Shown here: one piece after another, positions 38,529 through 48,131 of the stretch
Layout of the letters: every line of letters starts with the position of its first letter
How positions within the stretch are numbered: the stretch's first letter is position 1
Origin: an uncultured bacterium
Lineage (GTDB): Bacteria; Chloroflexota; UBA5177; JANWHV01
Direction: 5' to 3'
Assembly: GCA_963827235.1 (NCBI GenBank)
Contig: CAWHAE010000012.1
Location: 768,001-832,000, forward strand
Length of the DNA stretch: 64,000 nucleotides
Notes under the pieces: generated by a model
What the model saw: the letters and a program-made list of their open reading frames with translations, nothing else
Database searches by the model: none
Told to the model about the DNA's origin: nothing
Translations under genes and position numbers: made by a program

Positions 38529-40286
38529 TCAGGAAGTAGCCGCCACCCGATACACCTGGGTGCCATCCGGGAAGCGCTCGACGAGCGGCAGACGAGCCGC
38601 GTGAGGAGGAAACGCCCGTCCGGTCCAGTCCGGATGCCAGATCACGTAGCGCACGCCCCATTCGATCAAGAGCCGGCTCGCCGATGCAGCGGGCCACGCG
38701 TTCAGCGTGGCCGCGTCGGACTCATATGAAGCAGGCGTGTAGCCTCCCAGACCGTTGACGATCGGCTGCCAATGGTATGTCGCGTAGTACGTCATCAGCG
38801 CCTGCTGAGACCAGATATCCTTGTTCTGCTGGCCGATCGGAAGCTCGAGCACCGCGGTGCCGGCAGGTCTGCTCTTTAGCCAGTGATACACCGGCGGCAC
38901 GCCGCTACCGGTAAGCACGATCGGTGCCGCGATGGGCTGTATCCAGTACTCCAGCATCACGGCCGCGCAGAGCAGAAAAGCCACGAGGCGGACGCCTGTC
39001 TCCCGGCCGGGAGACAGGCGCAGCTCGACGATGCGCACACCCCATGCAGCCAGCAGCGCCAGCGCCACGAACCCGATGAAGAAGAACCGGGCTATGTCCC
39101 GAAAGCTGTGAAATCCCGGCACATGATCGTAGAGCAACGCGAAGGGCAATGGGATAGCGTACAGGCGATCGAACGCCTTTAGCTGCACTCCCATAGCCAG
39201 CACGCCGGACAAGAGTGCGATCCCGGAGTACATGCGTATCTCCCAGCTCTCGCCTCGGCACCGCCAGGCCAGCAGGGCCAGGGCCAGTACGACCAGGCCG
39301 GGGAAGAGGTATTGCGGCGCGTCGGCCCCGCGCACGCCAAGCACGCCGTCCGTCCAGCCGTAGATCACGCTGAACGGCGGCATGCGCAGGAAGTCGCGCA
39401 GATCGGCGGCGAAGTAGATGGCTTGATCGCGGCCCCGCTCGGAAGCAGCGGTGTTCTGCAGCCGGAGATACGGCACGATCACGGGCAGGAGAATCGCCGC
39501 CAGGGCCACGCCCGCGACCACCACGCCGGCGACGAATCGACGAGCCTGTTGCCGGCCCGAATGCGCCACGTAGGCCAGGAGGTAGACCAGCAAGCACGTG
39601 GCGAGGAAAGCAGCGTAGTAGATGCTGCACAGTGCCAGCATGGCATAGAACACGACCAGAGCGGCCAACTCACGAGCGAGGCGCGCGCGGCTCCCGTCGC
39701 CTGCCGCGTCTCTCGCCCTTTCCCAGAACAGCAGCACCAATGGCAGCCACTGTCCGGACAACTGGTTGAGGTGCCCCAGGTGCGCCATGCGATAGGGGCA
39801 GAAAGCGACCACCAGCCCGGCCAGGAAAGCGCCCGCTGTGCACCCGGTCATGTAGCGCGCCAGCAGGTAGGTGAAGGCCCCACAGAGCACGAACGAGAGC
39901 AGGAACAGCACGTTGTAGGTGAAGGCCGCGTTGCCGCCGCTCAGCAGGTACAGGGGCGTGGAAATCGGTAGCAGGCCGAGCAGAGTGTCATTGTAGATCA
40001 GGGCGTTGGCATGTGGATAATAGATGTTGCCTTGGAGGAGCTGAGAGGGCGTCGTGGTGAGGGCATGCACCGACCAAGCCACCAACCACGATTCATTGGG
40101 CGGATCGCCGAGGTCCTGGGGGAAGCTGTTGCCGATGTGCCGGACCACCGGCCAGAACTGCACCAGCGTGATCGCGGCATAGGCCATGGAGGCCGCGAGA
40201 AACCGTGCCCAAGCAGGGCCGGCGGCAGCGCCGTGCCTGCTCTCCGCAGCTTCAGCCAGCGAGCTGCCGGTCTTCGACGCGGCCAC
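38529..40286 (-). CDS. Polytopic membrane protein, GT-C/YfhO-like glycosyltransferase (start uncertain)
   Basis: GDP...W, N.YYP...L.Y.D, F.PYR..H..H.N, P...LY..VPGF...R..ARF, LELP, PIVNG.GGY, GVRYVI.H. Confidence 0.75.
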   Translation of the reverse strand: MAASKTGSSLAEAAESRHGAAAGPAWARFLAASMAYAAITLVQFWPVVRHIGNSFPQDLGDPPNESWLVAWSVHALTTTPSQLLQGNIYYPHANALIYNDTLLGLLPISTPLYLLSGGNAAFTYNVLFLLSFVLCGAFTYLLARYMTGCTAGAFLAGLVVAFCPYRMAHLGHLNQLSGQWLPLVLLFWERARDAAGDGSRARLARELAALVVFYAMLALCSIYYAAFLATCLLVYLLAYVAHSGRQQARRFVAGVVVAGVALAAILLPVIVPYLRLQNTAASERGRDQAIYFAADLRDFLRMPPFSVIYGWTDGVLGVRGADAPQYLFPGLVVLALALLAWRCRGESWEIRMYSGIALLSGVLAMGVQLKAFDRLYAIPLPFALLYDHVPGFHSFRDIARFFFIGFVALALLAAWGVRIVELRLSPGRETGVRLVAFLLCAAVMLEYWIQPIAAPIVLTGSGVPPVYHWLKSRPAGTAVLELPIGQQNKDIWSQQALMTYYATYHWQPIVNGLGGYTPASYESDAATLNAWPAASASRLLIEWGVRYVIWHPDWTGRAFPPHAARLPLVERFPDGTQVYRVAATS

Positions 40287-40300
40287 TGCAGTCGCCGGCC

Positions 40301-40531
40301 CTACTTGCGATACCGGTGAAGCGCGTAGGTCTGGTTCTGGGTCCTCGGGGCGTCCGATTTCTCGCGAATGGTACTGCTGGAGTGGCACAGGCCGCACTCG
40401 ACTACCAGCACCTCCGAGCCGCCGAACCGCATCCGTGATTTGATGTCGACCTTCGTGAGCTGTGCCTGCCGGCAGTGCGGGCAGCCAATACCCGCCTCTT
40501 CGAAATACTGCACGTTCATGGTGATCGTCAT
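40301..40531 (-). CDS. Small zinc-ribbon protein (76 aa)
   Basis: CPHC...CGLC pair; AAAGGTG RBS; sits between co-oriented genes. Confidence 0.7.
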   Translation of the reverse strand: MTITMNVQYFEEAGIGCPHCRQAQLTKVDIKSRMRFGGSEVLVVECGLCHSSSTIREKSDAPRTQNQTYALHRYRK

Positions 40532-40741
40532 AGCACCTTTACGCTAACACGCCGGCACGCGGTCTGTCGAACCTGCCGTGCGCAGGGTGCGCTTCCAGCG
40601 CAGTGCCGGCCCTCCTTCCGGCCCTGCGCTAGGGCAGGTGGCGAAAGGAGGTGAGACTCGACATACTTGCTGCCGGATGGAGCGCCGCCTGACCGGCGCG
40701 GCCGGCAAGAACCTGAGCCATTCCAGGGCCGTGCGGCGTCC

Positions 40742-43555
40742 CTACGGCCCAACAGTCAACGATGCACGATTCGACACGGTGCTCCGGGAGCCCTTGGCCG
40801 TGATCGTGAGCAGCGCAGGCTCTGCCACCGTCAGCGTGGCCTTCGGGCGCACAAGGCCGACGTACAGGCCGTAGGCGTCGGCTACACCACCCATGTGCAG
40901 CTTGTAGATGATGTCGCCCACCTTCGGGTAGTGCGGCAGCTTCACCTTCACGGGCTTGGTACCCGGCGCCGGCGTCGGGGTCGGTGCCGGTACCGGCGGT
41001 GCGACCGTGTTCGTGATAGCAAGCGTCATGTCGACGCGCGCAAATGGTGCCGTTCGCACGGTGACCGTCAACGGCACCGAGGCGCTTACCGAGAGCTGTG
41101 CAGACGACAGCGTGTAGGTGAGCGGGATGGGACAGGGACCCTGCGGTGGCTCCTGCGTTCCCGTGATCTTGGCCACAAAGGCATTGTTCGCGCTCGGTCG
41201 ATACACCGAGGCCTGCGGCATGGAGCGCACACCCTTCGCGTTGGACGACAGGGGGAAATTCGGCGAGACGGTAGTGCCGCCCACGTAGACATTGCCGCTG
41301 CCGTCGACCGCGATCGCCGTGGCCGCGTCGACAAATGTGCCGCCGAAGTAGCTGGAGTACAGCATACCGCTGCCGCATGAGTTGACCTTGGCCACGAAAG
41401 CGTCGAGCATGCCGAATCCGCCTCGTGCACCCCCGATTGCCCCCTGCAACGCCTTCTTGAGCGGGAAGTTAGGCGTGGTGAACTCGGACGAGCCGGTAGA
41501 ACCGGCCACGAAGGCGTCACCACGCCCGTCGACCGCCACGTTGTAGGCTATGTCGTTGCCTGAGCCGCCGAGATACGTGGAATAGATGAGCGCGCCTTTC
41601 GCACTCAGCTTGGCTACGAAGCCGTCGGTGCCGCCGCCCGAGGTAGGCTGGGCAAACGCGGCCGTCTGCGGAATGCCTCCGTTCGTCTCGCCTACGAGAT
41701 AAGCGTTGCCGGAAGTATCGACCGCCAGCGCGTGCACGACGTCCGCCGAGCTCTGCCCCAAGTAGGTGGCGTAGACCAGCTCATTGCCGGCTTTGTTGAG
41801 CTTGGCGACAAACGCGCTCGTGCCGGACGCCGGAAGCGCGGGCTGAAGCGCATGCGGCGGCGTCGGGAAATCAGGTGAGGTAGTCTGCCCGGCTACGTAG
41901 GCGTCTCCGGACGGATCAAGAGCGATGGCGCTCGCCGTGTCTGATCCGCTGCCGCCCAGGTACGTGCTGTAGATCAGCTTCTTGGCGTCGGGCGAGAACT
42001 TGGTCACGAACGCATCCACCTGGCCGCCCAGCGTTCCCTTGCCGTAGCCCAGCTTGCCGGCCAAGCCGCCCTGCACCGGGAAGTTGTACGTGTACGTGTA
42101 TCCGGTGATGTAGGCGTCGCCTGACTTGTCGACCGCCACGCCCGTGCCGATATCGTCGCCCCACCGGCTGGCGTTGTCGGTAGTGCCGCCGATCAGCGTG
42201 CCGTAAACCAGCTTGCCGCCACTCGGCGACACCTTTACCAGAAAGGCATCGTAGCCGCCGGCGTTCGTGTTTCTGGGCGCAGGAGCTGTGGTGGGGAAGT
42301 TGGTAGCGTTGCTGTAGCCGACGACGTAGGCGTAGCCGTTCGAGTCCACTGCCAGCCCGGTCGCGTAATTGTAGCCGCCGCTGTCGTTCGCATCGCTCGA
42401 CGTGCCATGCGCGTTCGTCGTACCGCCGATGTAGGTCTCGAACATCAGGCCGGTGCCCTTGCTGTTGAGCTTGGCCACGTATGCCACCGGGCAGTTCACC
42501 GCGTTTCCATTATCCGACGGGCAGTGGGGAGCCGCGAGCTGCGGTGCCGGCAGCGCCGGCCGCAGGGCGGGCTGCGTCGAGGTCAGGGCCTGTGCAGCGG
42601 CCGTCGTGGTCATCACGATCGTGTACGTCGTGCCCGCAAAGTACGCGTCGCCCGACCGGTCGAGCGCGATGCCGGCCATACTTGTGTTCGACCCAAAGAG
42701 ATTAGAGTACTCCAGCGTGGGATCGATGGTCAGGCCATGGACCGGATCGAAGGTGCCCACCGACATCCCAACCGCATGCTGCCCATGCAGGGCATACTCT
42801 ACCGCGACTGCGTGCCGCCGCCCGCCGAAATACTGGTAGGCCTGCGGGCGCTTCTCAACTATCGTTCCGGCACTCGTGGCAATGTCGAGGTTGCCCGCGG
42901 CGTCGACGCTCAGGCCGCTGTTCCCGGACACCGCCAGCACAATCGCGGCCGGACTGGCACCCGCGGTAAGCTCATAGTCATATTCGAGGTTGCCGCGGCT
43001 ACCGTAATACACAAGATCGATCCCTGGGTAGACGCGCTCGTAGTCCACTCGCCGGTAGGTGGGGATGCCGCTGCGCCACTGCCGGGAGGCGGCACCTATG
43101 AAGTAGTTCGCCGTCGTCTGCTGCCGATCGACACCCGTGATCACCGGGTGCGCGTTGGCCCCGATCAAGTGCAGCCGCACGGTCGCCGCCTGAGCCGGAG
43201 CGGAGTGGCTCGATGCTCCGGCACTGCTCCCTGCCACCAGGACGGCATCGGTAGCGGTCAGATAGAGAGCGTAGCCGTCTCCTCGCGCCAGGTAGCGCGC
43301 GCCAGCGCCGGTACTGCCGGGCACTGCTTCAAAGATCATGGGTAGATGGTCAATGGCGACCTTGATTCTTGAGGGCGAGGCCGGGCGGGCAGTTGCGGAG
43401 ACGACCGACCGTGGCGGTTGCGTCTCGAGGGCCTGCGCACTCCCGAGCTGCCCCGCGGCAGCAGGTGTCGCGTTACCTGTGAGGCCGATGGCGGCCAGCA
43501 GGCAAGAGGCGAGGCCGAAGCTCGTCCAGTAACGTGGTCGACGCGCCAAGAGCAT
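40742..43555 (-). CDS. Secreted SBBP (seven-bladed beta-propeller) repeat surface protein
   Basis: Signal peptide; VYPGIDL.YYG...LEYD N-terminal domain, IDP, repeated YSTYLGGSG.D.A..IA.D..G.AYVAG.T.S..FP. Confidence 0.9.
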   Translation of the reverse strand: MLLARRPRYWTSFGLASCLLAAIGLTGNATPAAAGQLGSAQALETQPPRSVVSATARPASPSRIKVAIDHLPMIFEAVPGSTGAGARYLARGDGYALYLTATDAVLVAGSSAGASSHSAPAQAATVRLHLIGANAHPVITGVDRQQTTANYFIGAASRQWRSGIPTYRRVDYERVYPGIDLVYYGSRGNLEYDYELTAGASPAAIVLAVSGNSGLSVDAAGNLDIATSAGTIVEKRPQAYQYFGGRRHAVAVEYALHGQHAVGMSVGTFDPVHGLTIDPTLEYSNLFGSNTSMAGIALDRSGDAYFAGTTYTIVMTTTAAAQALTSTQPALRPALPAPQLAAPHCPSDNGNAVNCPVAYVAKLNSKGTGLMFETYIGGTTNAHGTSSDANDSGGYNYATGLAVDSNGYAYVVGYSNATNFPTTAPAPRNTNAGGYDAFLVKVSPSGGKLVYGTLIGGTTDNASRWGDDIGTGVAVDKSGDAYITGYTYTYNFPVQGGLAGKLGYGKGTLGGQVDAFVTKFSPDAKKLIYSTYLGGSGSDTASAIALDPSGDAYVAGQTTSPDFPTPPHALQPALPASGTSAFVAKLNKAGNELVYATYLGQSSADVVHALAVDTSGNAYLVGETNGGIPQTAAFAQPTSGGGTDGFVAKLSAKGALIYSTYLGGSGNDIAYNVAVDGRGDAFVAGSTGSSEFTTPNFPLKKALQGAIGGARGGFGMLDAFVAKVNSCGSGMLYSSYFGGTFVDAATAIAVDGSGNVYVGGTTVSPNFPLSSNAKGVRSMPQASVYRPSANNAFVAKITGTQEPPQGPCPIPLTYTLSSAQLSVSASVPLTVTVRTAPFARVDMTLAITNTVAPPVPAPTPTPAPGTKPVKVKLPHYPKVGDIIYKLHMGGVADAYGLYVGLVRPKATLTVAEPALLTITAKGSRSTVSNRASLTVGP

Positions 43556-43760
43556 GAGTGTTGTTCCTTCCCCATTCCGATTCCGGCAGCGTAGAGCCGG
43601 CATGGCGCGGCCCGGCCGCGGCAATGCACACCGTATCTACGCGAACAGTACGGTATGGACGAGCGCAACGCAATCGACCAGTAGGGTGTGTCGCGTCGCC
43701 TGAGGAACCGTCCGCAGGCGCTGTCTTCCGAGCCGCGGAAGCAGGTGGTCTGGCGGCGTG

Positions 43761-44558
43761 CTAGAGTACGAACGGCCGCCCGAGCCAGTGCAGAATCGTG
43801 TTTCGCCGCCGGCCATGCCTGGACGCCCAATCCTCGACGGTGACCGCAAAGCCGACGTCACGTCCCTGGGCCCTCGATGCCGCGTACTTCAGATCGCTGA
43901 GGTGAAGGTACAGGTCGGCTGCCTCTACGGACTCCGCGTCGAGCGATCCGTGCTCGGCCGCCGCCTGTAGAACCACCGGGCGGTAGATGGTGCGGTACCA
44001 CGCATCCGCCGCCTCCCGCGTTGACACTGCCGGCCCGCGTTCGCCAAGATACCAGCGATGCTCGAAGATCTGTTCCAGCGCCTGATCGTATCCGGCCGGC
44101 GTGCTGAAGGCCGGTACCTGCATACCGGTATGAAGGGCGAAGCGGGCCCGCGCAGCTTCCAGTGGGTCGATCGACGGCTCATTCTGTTCAAAGCAATCGA
44201 CAACGATGGCATCGAGATACAACTGCCCGATGGCATGAGCCGCGCCCACCCGATGGTGGCCGTCGATCACGTAGCAGGCACCATGCAGACGATAGAGCTC
44301 GATCGGCGGCAGAACCACGCCATCGGCCATGGCCTTGCAGATGGCTCGAAAACGAAAGCTGTTGCCGCGGATCGGCCTGAAGTGCCGATCCAGTTGGTCA
44401 TAGCGATTCACCGATCCCTTGATGGTCTGAAGAGACACGGTCTCCAGACGAGGCGGCAGCATGCCCAGCGTCGGATCGCCGGCGCTGCCCATGGGAAAGC
44501 GTAGCGGCGTGTCGAGCGGCGCTCGCCCCAGCAGCTTCCGAATAGAGTGTCGATGCAT
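43761..44558 (-). CDS. ParB/Srx-like N-terminal domain plus DUF4032-like C-terminal domain protein
   Basis: I.GSV.RY, LPPIELY, YVIDGHHRV; EHRWYLGE, W...Y.PV, DLYL, RDVG. Confidence 0.8.
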   Translation of the reverse strand: MHRHSIRKLLGRAPLDTPLRFPMGSAGDPTLGMLPPRLETVSLQTIKGSVNRYDQLDRHFRPIRGNSFRFRAICKAMADGVVLPPIELYRLHGACYVIDGHHRVGAAHAIGQLYLDAIVVDCFEQNEPSIDPLEAARARFALHTGMQVPAFSTPAGYDQALEQIFEHRWYLGERGPAVSTREAADAWYRTIYRPVVLQAAAEHGSLDAESVEAADLYLHLSDLKYAASRAQGRDVGFAVTVEDWASRHGRRRNTILHWLGRPFVL

Positions 44559-44819
44559 TGAGAACCCTGGCAATTCTAATGATTATAGGAACCCCCGCTT
44601 CGATCATACCGGCCTCAAGCCCGCCTTTGGGGATCCGTGGTGTTAAATCTTCGTAAACAGTCCGCGCGGTTTCGAGCCTGCGCTCACTGCCTTCACCGGA
44701 GGTGTGCGCGGCTGCAGCGTACGAGCACAGGCCCGGGTACGCCCGGTATCTCGCCGACCGGCGCTGCTTCTCCGACGAGGCCGGGCTCGGTCGCCCTGCC
44801 CCGACCCAGTCGCAAAAGC

Positions 44820-46103
44820 TCAGCTCCGGTGAACCATAGATTCCACCGCGTCGAGTAGCGTGTCGATCTCGGCCATCGTGTTGTAGTGGACCGGGCCGAC
44901 TCGGACCACGCCTCCGTGTCTCTCGAGATCGAGGCGCTCGGTGAGCGACAGCGCGTAGTTGTTGCCGCTCCACACGTAGATCTCCTGCCCGGCCAGCCAT
45001 GAGGCGACCTCGTCCGGGTAATAACCGGCGAGAGTAAACGAGACAGTCGGCACGCGCTCGGCCATCCGCGCCGGGTCGGCAATGCCCCAGATCCGCACGC
45101 CGGGAATCCTCGCCAGGCCTTCCAGCAGGTGTCGTCCCAGCATTATCTCGTACCGGCGAATCGCCTTCTGCGCCTTGAGTATCGAGCTCCGCAGGCCCGT
45201 ATCGTGCTCCGCGCCCTCTGCGTCCGCAATCGACCCGACCTGGCGCAAGTAAGCAACGGCGCCCTGAAGGCCGGCGCAACCCTCCACGCTCGGCGCGCCG
45301 GTCTCAAACCGGCCCGGCAGCTGTTCGGTCGCCGGGCGCACTTTGTAAGGCTGGATCGCCTCCAAACGCTCGCGCTTACCGTACAGGACACCGAGATGAG
45401 GCCCGAAGAACTTGTACGACGAGCAAACCAGGAAATCGCAGTCCATGGCCTGCACGTCGATCGTGCCGTGCGCCGCGTACTGTACCGCGTCAATGTATGA
45501 TAGAGCGCCGGCCTCACGCGCCAGACGGCATACGGTCGCCACGTCGACGATCGAGCCCACCAGATTGGAGCAGTGTGTCACTGCTACCACGCGCGTGCGC
45601 CGCCCGACCTTGGCCGCCAGGTCGGCCATGTCCAGCGTGCAATCCTCCGGGTTGATATCCACTGCGCGGATCACGACGCCTCGCTCCTCCAGCGCTCGCC
45701 AGGGAGCCACGTTGCCGTCATGGTCGAGCGTGGTAACCACTATCTCGTCGCCGGCGGACAAGCCGCGTCCGATAGCGCGACTGATGGCAAAAGTGAGCGT
45801 CGTCATGTTCGGACCGATCACGATCTCGTCCGGCGAAGAGGCGCCCAGCATATCCGCCATGACGGCGTGAGCGCCGTCGACGGCGGCACTCGACAGCTCG
45901 CTAGCATGGAATGGACCGTGCGGATATGAATTCGAGCTTACAAGCATGTCGCGTATGGCATCGACGACATCCTGGGGCACCTGAGTCCCAGCGGGGTTGT
46001 CGAAGAACACCGGCTGGCGGCCTCTCACGGTCTGCTGGAGTGCGGGAAACCGGCAGCGTAATCGTGCAACGTCGAACGGCTGCGTCGGGCTGGCGTCCAT
46101 CAT
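44820..46103 (-). CDS. Cysteine desulfurase-like class V PLP enzyme (VC1184-type, no catalytic Cys)
   Basis: FDNPAGTQVP, LDHDGN, DAVQY, SSYKFFGPH, FETG, WSGNNYA, G.VHYN. Confidence 0.9.
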   Translation of the reverse strand: MMDASPTQPFDVARLRCRFPALQQTVRGRQPVFFDNPAGTQVPQDVVDAIRDMLVSSNSYPHGPFHASELSSAAVDGAHAVMADMLGASSPDEIVIGPNMTTLTFAISRAIGRGLSAGDEIVVTTLDHDGNVAPWRALEERGVVIRAVDINPEDCTLDMADLAAKVGRRTRVVAVTHCSNLVGSIVDVATVCRLAREAGALSYIDAVQYAAHGTIDVQAMDCDFLVCSSYKFFGPHLGVLYGKRERLEAIQPYKVRPATEQLPGRFETGAPSVEGCAGLQGAVAYLRQVGSIADAEGAEHDTGLRSSILKAQKAIRRYEIMLGRHLLEGLARIPGVRIWGIADPARMAERVPTVSFTLAGYYPDEVASWLAGQEIYVWSGNNYALSLTERLDLERHGGVVRVGPVHYNTMAEIDTLLDAVESMVHRS

Positions 46104-46469
46104 CGGTAGTGCTCCCTCGATACTCACGGTCAACTAGTGCAAGAGACTGCGATCTCAGGCCTCGGTTGATCCTGATCGCCTCCACAAAGGATAACCCGGC
46201 TTGGCCGCCGGACGCCGGCGAAGGCGAGACTGCGGCCAAAACCATTCGCCACTTGCAGCGCGCCGTTCGGGTTTTCCGCTTACGGTATGCGCCGAGACAC
46301 TGTATCGTAGTCTTGTCGTCTGCAACCGGCACACGCGCACTGGCGTCCGCCGGCACCGGGAGGGTGGGTGCGCCTCCCCGAGCGCCGGGTCCGGTGCAGC
46401 GCCGGCCGGTTGGGAGATCAGGCGTTGCGCGGCACGCCGCGCCGAGAGACCACCGTGGAGGAGCTCCAG

Positions 46470-47276
46470 ATGCAGTTCGTACTGCGAGCGTATGACAGGA
46501 AGGCCGTGTTCAGGGCCGAGTCTCTGCCCGTGCAACAACTGTGGACGACATTGAGTGGCAGCGGGCTCTGGGACCGAACTAAAGTGCGCGTCGGACTGCG
46601 CGAACAGCCGGACGTGTATGCTCGGGAGACTGTCGTCGCCCGGCTCGAGTCCCTGGTGCAGGAGGGGCATGGCGACCAGAGTCTCCACTACCTTCGTGGG
46701 GCCGACCCGCCCACTCTTGCCAGCCTGCGTCGTGCCCACTGGCCGGTGATCGGCGAAGAAGAGGCCGTGCTGCTTCGTGAGGACATGGTACGCTACCTCA
46801 CCTATGGCTTGTGGCAAGCACCTGAGGACGTCCTTGGCCACGCCCTCGGCTTGCTCACCGGACGTGGGGACGCCTCCGTGATGGTGAGCAGCATCGGCAG
46901 TACGGGCGAGCTGCAGGAAATCCTCAGCGCAGTCGAAGATCGCGACGGATTCGCCGAAGCGTACGGCCCGACCATCCAGGAGGGTCTGCGGAGCGCGGGC
47001 CTGCCGGCCGACGACGCAACGCTGGCTCAGGAGCTTGGCCGTCTCGAAGAGATGCTCGCTCCCGTGCAGGGACTACTGCGCGGCGCGGCCAGCTCGGGAC
47101 TCGCTGTGATCGTCTACCGCGAGGAGCCCGGCGCCGGCGATGGGCTCTCGCGCCACATTGCCTCGGCCATGCGGGACGAAGAGGCCGGAGAGCCGGCCGA
47201 AAATGCGCCCACCTCGGATGCATACGACGATGTGGTATATAGTAACGGACGCGGCGAACCACCCGGCGAGCTCTGA
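46470..47276 (+). CDS. Hypothetical acidic protein
   Basis: GGAGGAG RBS before the ATG at 46470; 268-aa ORF with protein-like composition. Confidence 0.7.
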   Translation: MQFVLRAYDRKAVFRAESLPVQQLWTTLSGSGLWDRTKVRVGLREQPDVYARETVVARLESLVQEGHGDQSLHYLRGADPPTLASLRRAHWPVIGEEEAVLLREDMVRYLTYGLWQAPEDVLGHALGLLTGRGDASVMVSSIGSTGELQEILSAVEDRDGFAEAYGPTIQEGLRSAGLPADDATLAQELGRLEEMLAPVQGLLRGAASSGLAVIVYREEPGAGDGLSRHIASAMRDEEAGEPAENAPTSDAYDDVVYSNGRGEPPGEL

Positions 47277-47393
47277 CCACGATGACAAGCGTTTCGTGGG
47301 CGGTGCCAGCCGGGTGTTCCCAGGTGGCGGGCAGCCACCCGGCAGGTTCTCCCGGGCCGTCAATCCCCGCTCTGGTGGTAGGTACGTGACGAC

Positions 47394-48131
47394 GTGCTAA
47401 AGCAGGTCACCGAGGAGACCCGAACGCAGCAGGGTACTCGCATTCTCATCATCGACGACGAGCCAAGCATCGTCCGTCTGCTGCAGGCGTACCTCGAGCG
47501 CGAGGGTTTCGAGGTTGCCACGGCGGCCGACGGTGCAAGCGCGCTGCAGCTGGCGCGAAGCTTCAAGCCGCAGCTCGTCCTGCTGGATCTCCTGTTGCCC
47601 GAGGTGGACGGCCTGGAGGTATGCCGCCAGCTTCGCCAGGAGTCCGACGTCTACATCATCATGCTCACGGCACGGTCGGAAGAAACCGATATCGTGATCG
47701 GCCTCACGCTCGGCGCGGACGACTACGTGACCAAGCCGTTCAGCCCGCGCGAGATCGTGGCGCGAGTGAAGGCCGTGCTGCGCCGCTCGCGGCGTCCGGT
47801 TTCCGTCCAGGAATCTGAGGTGATCAGTTTCCCGAACATCACTATCGATACCGGTCGCCACAAGGTCGTCGCCTATGGTGAATCGATCGAGCTCACCGCC
47901 CTTGACTTCGACATTCTGCGCGCCCTGGCCGCCCAACCGGGCATGGTCTTCACGCGGGCTCAGCTCCTCGAGCGCGTGTGGGGATACGACCACCTTGGAG
48001 ATGAGCGCGTCGTCGACGTCCACATCGGCCTGCTGCGAAAGAAGATCGAGCGCGATGCCCAGGAGCCGCACTTCGTGAAAACGGTGCGCGGAGTAGGCTA
48101 CAAGTTCGATGACGACGAGAACGAGCGGTGA
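47394..48131 (+). CDS. OmpR-family response regulator
   Basis: ILIIDDE, LLDLLLP, GADDYVTKPFSPRE, R.VDVHI..LRKKIE, TVRGVGYKF. Confidence 0.96.
   Translation: MLKQVTEETRTQQGTRILIIDDEPSIVRLLQAYLEREGFEVATAADGASALQLARSFKPQLVLLDLLLPEVDGLEVCRQLRQESDVYIIMLTARSEETDIVIGLTLGADDYVTKPFSPREIVARVKAVLRRSRRPVSVQESEVISFPNITIDTGRHKVVAYGESIELTALDFDILRALAAQPGMVFTRAQLLERVWGYDHLGDERVVDVHIGLLRKKIERDAQEPHFVKTVRGVGYKFDDDENER

Noticed and set aside
43761-46103. ParB-like plus desulfurase-like pair as a Dnd/Ssp DNA phosphorothioation system
   Set aside because: The PLP enzyme lacks the catalytic Cys, the motif is DGHHR rather than DGQHR, and there is no PAPS-reductase or ATPase gene
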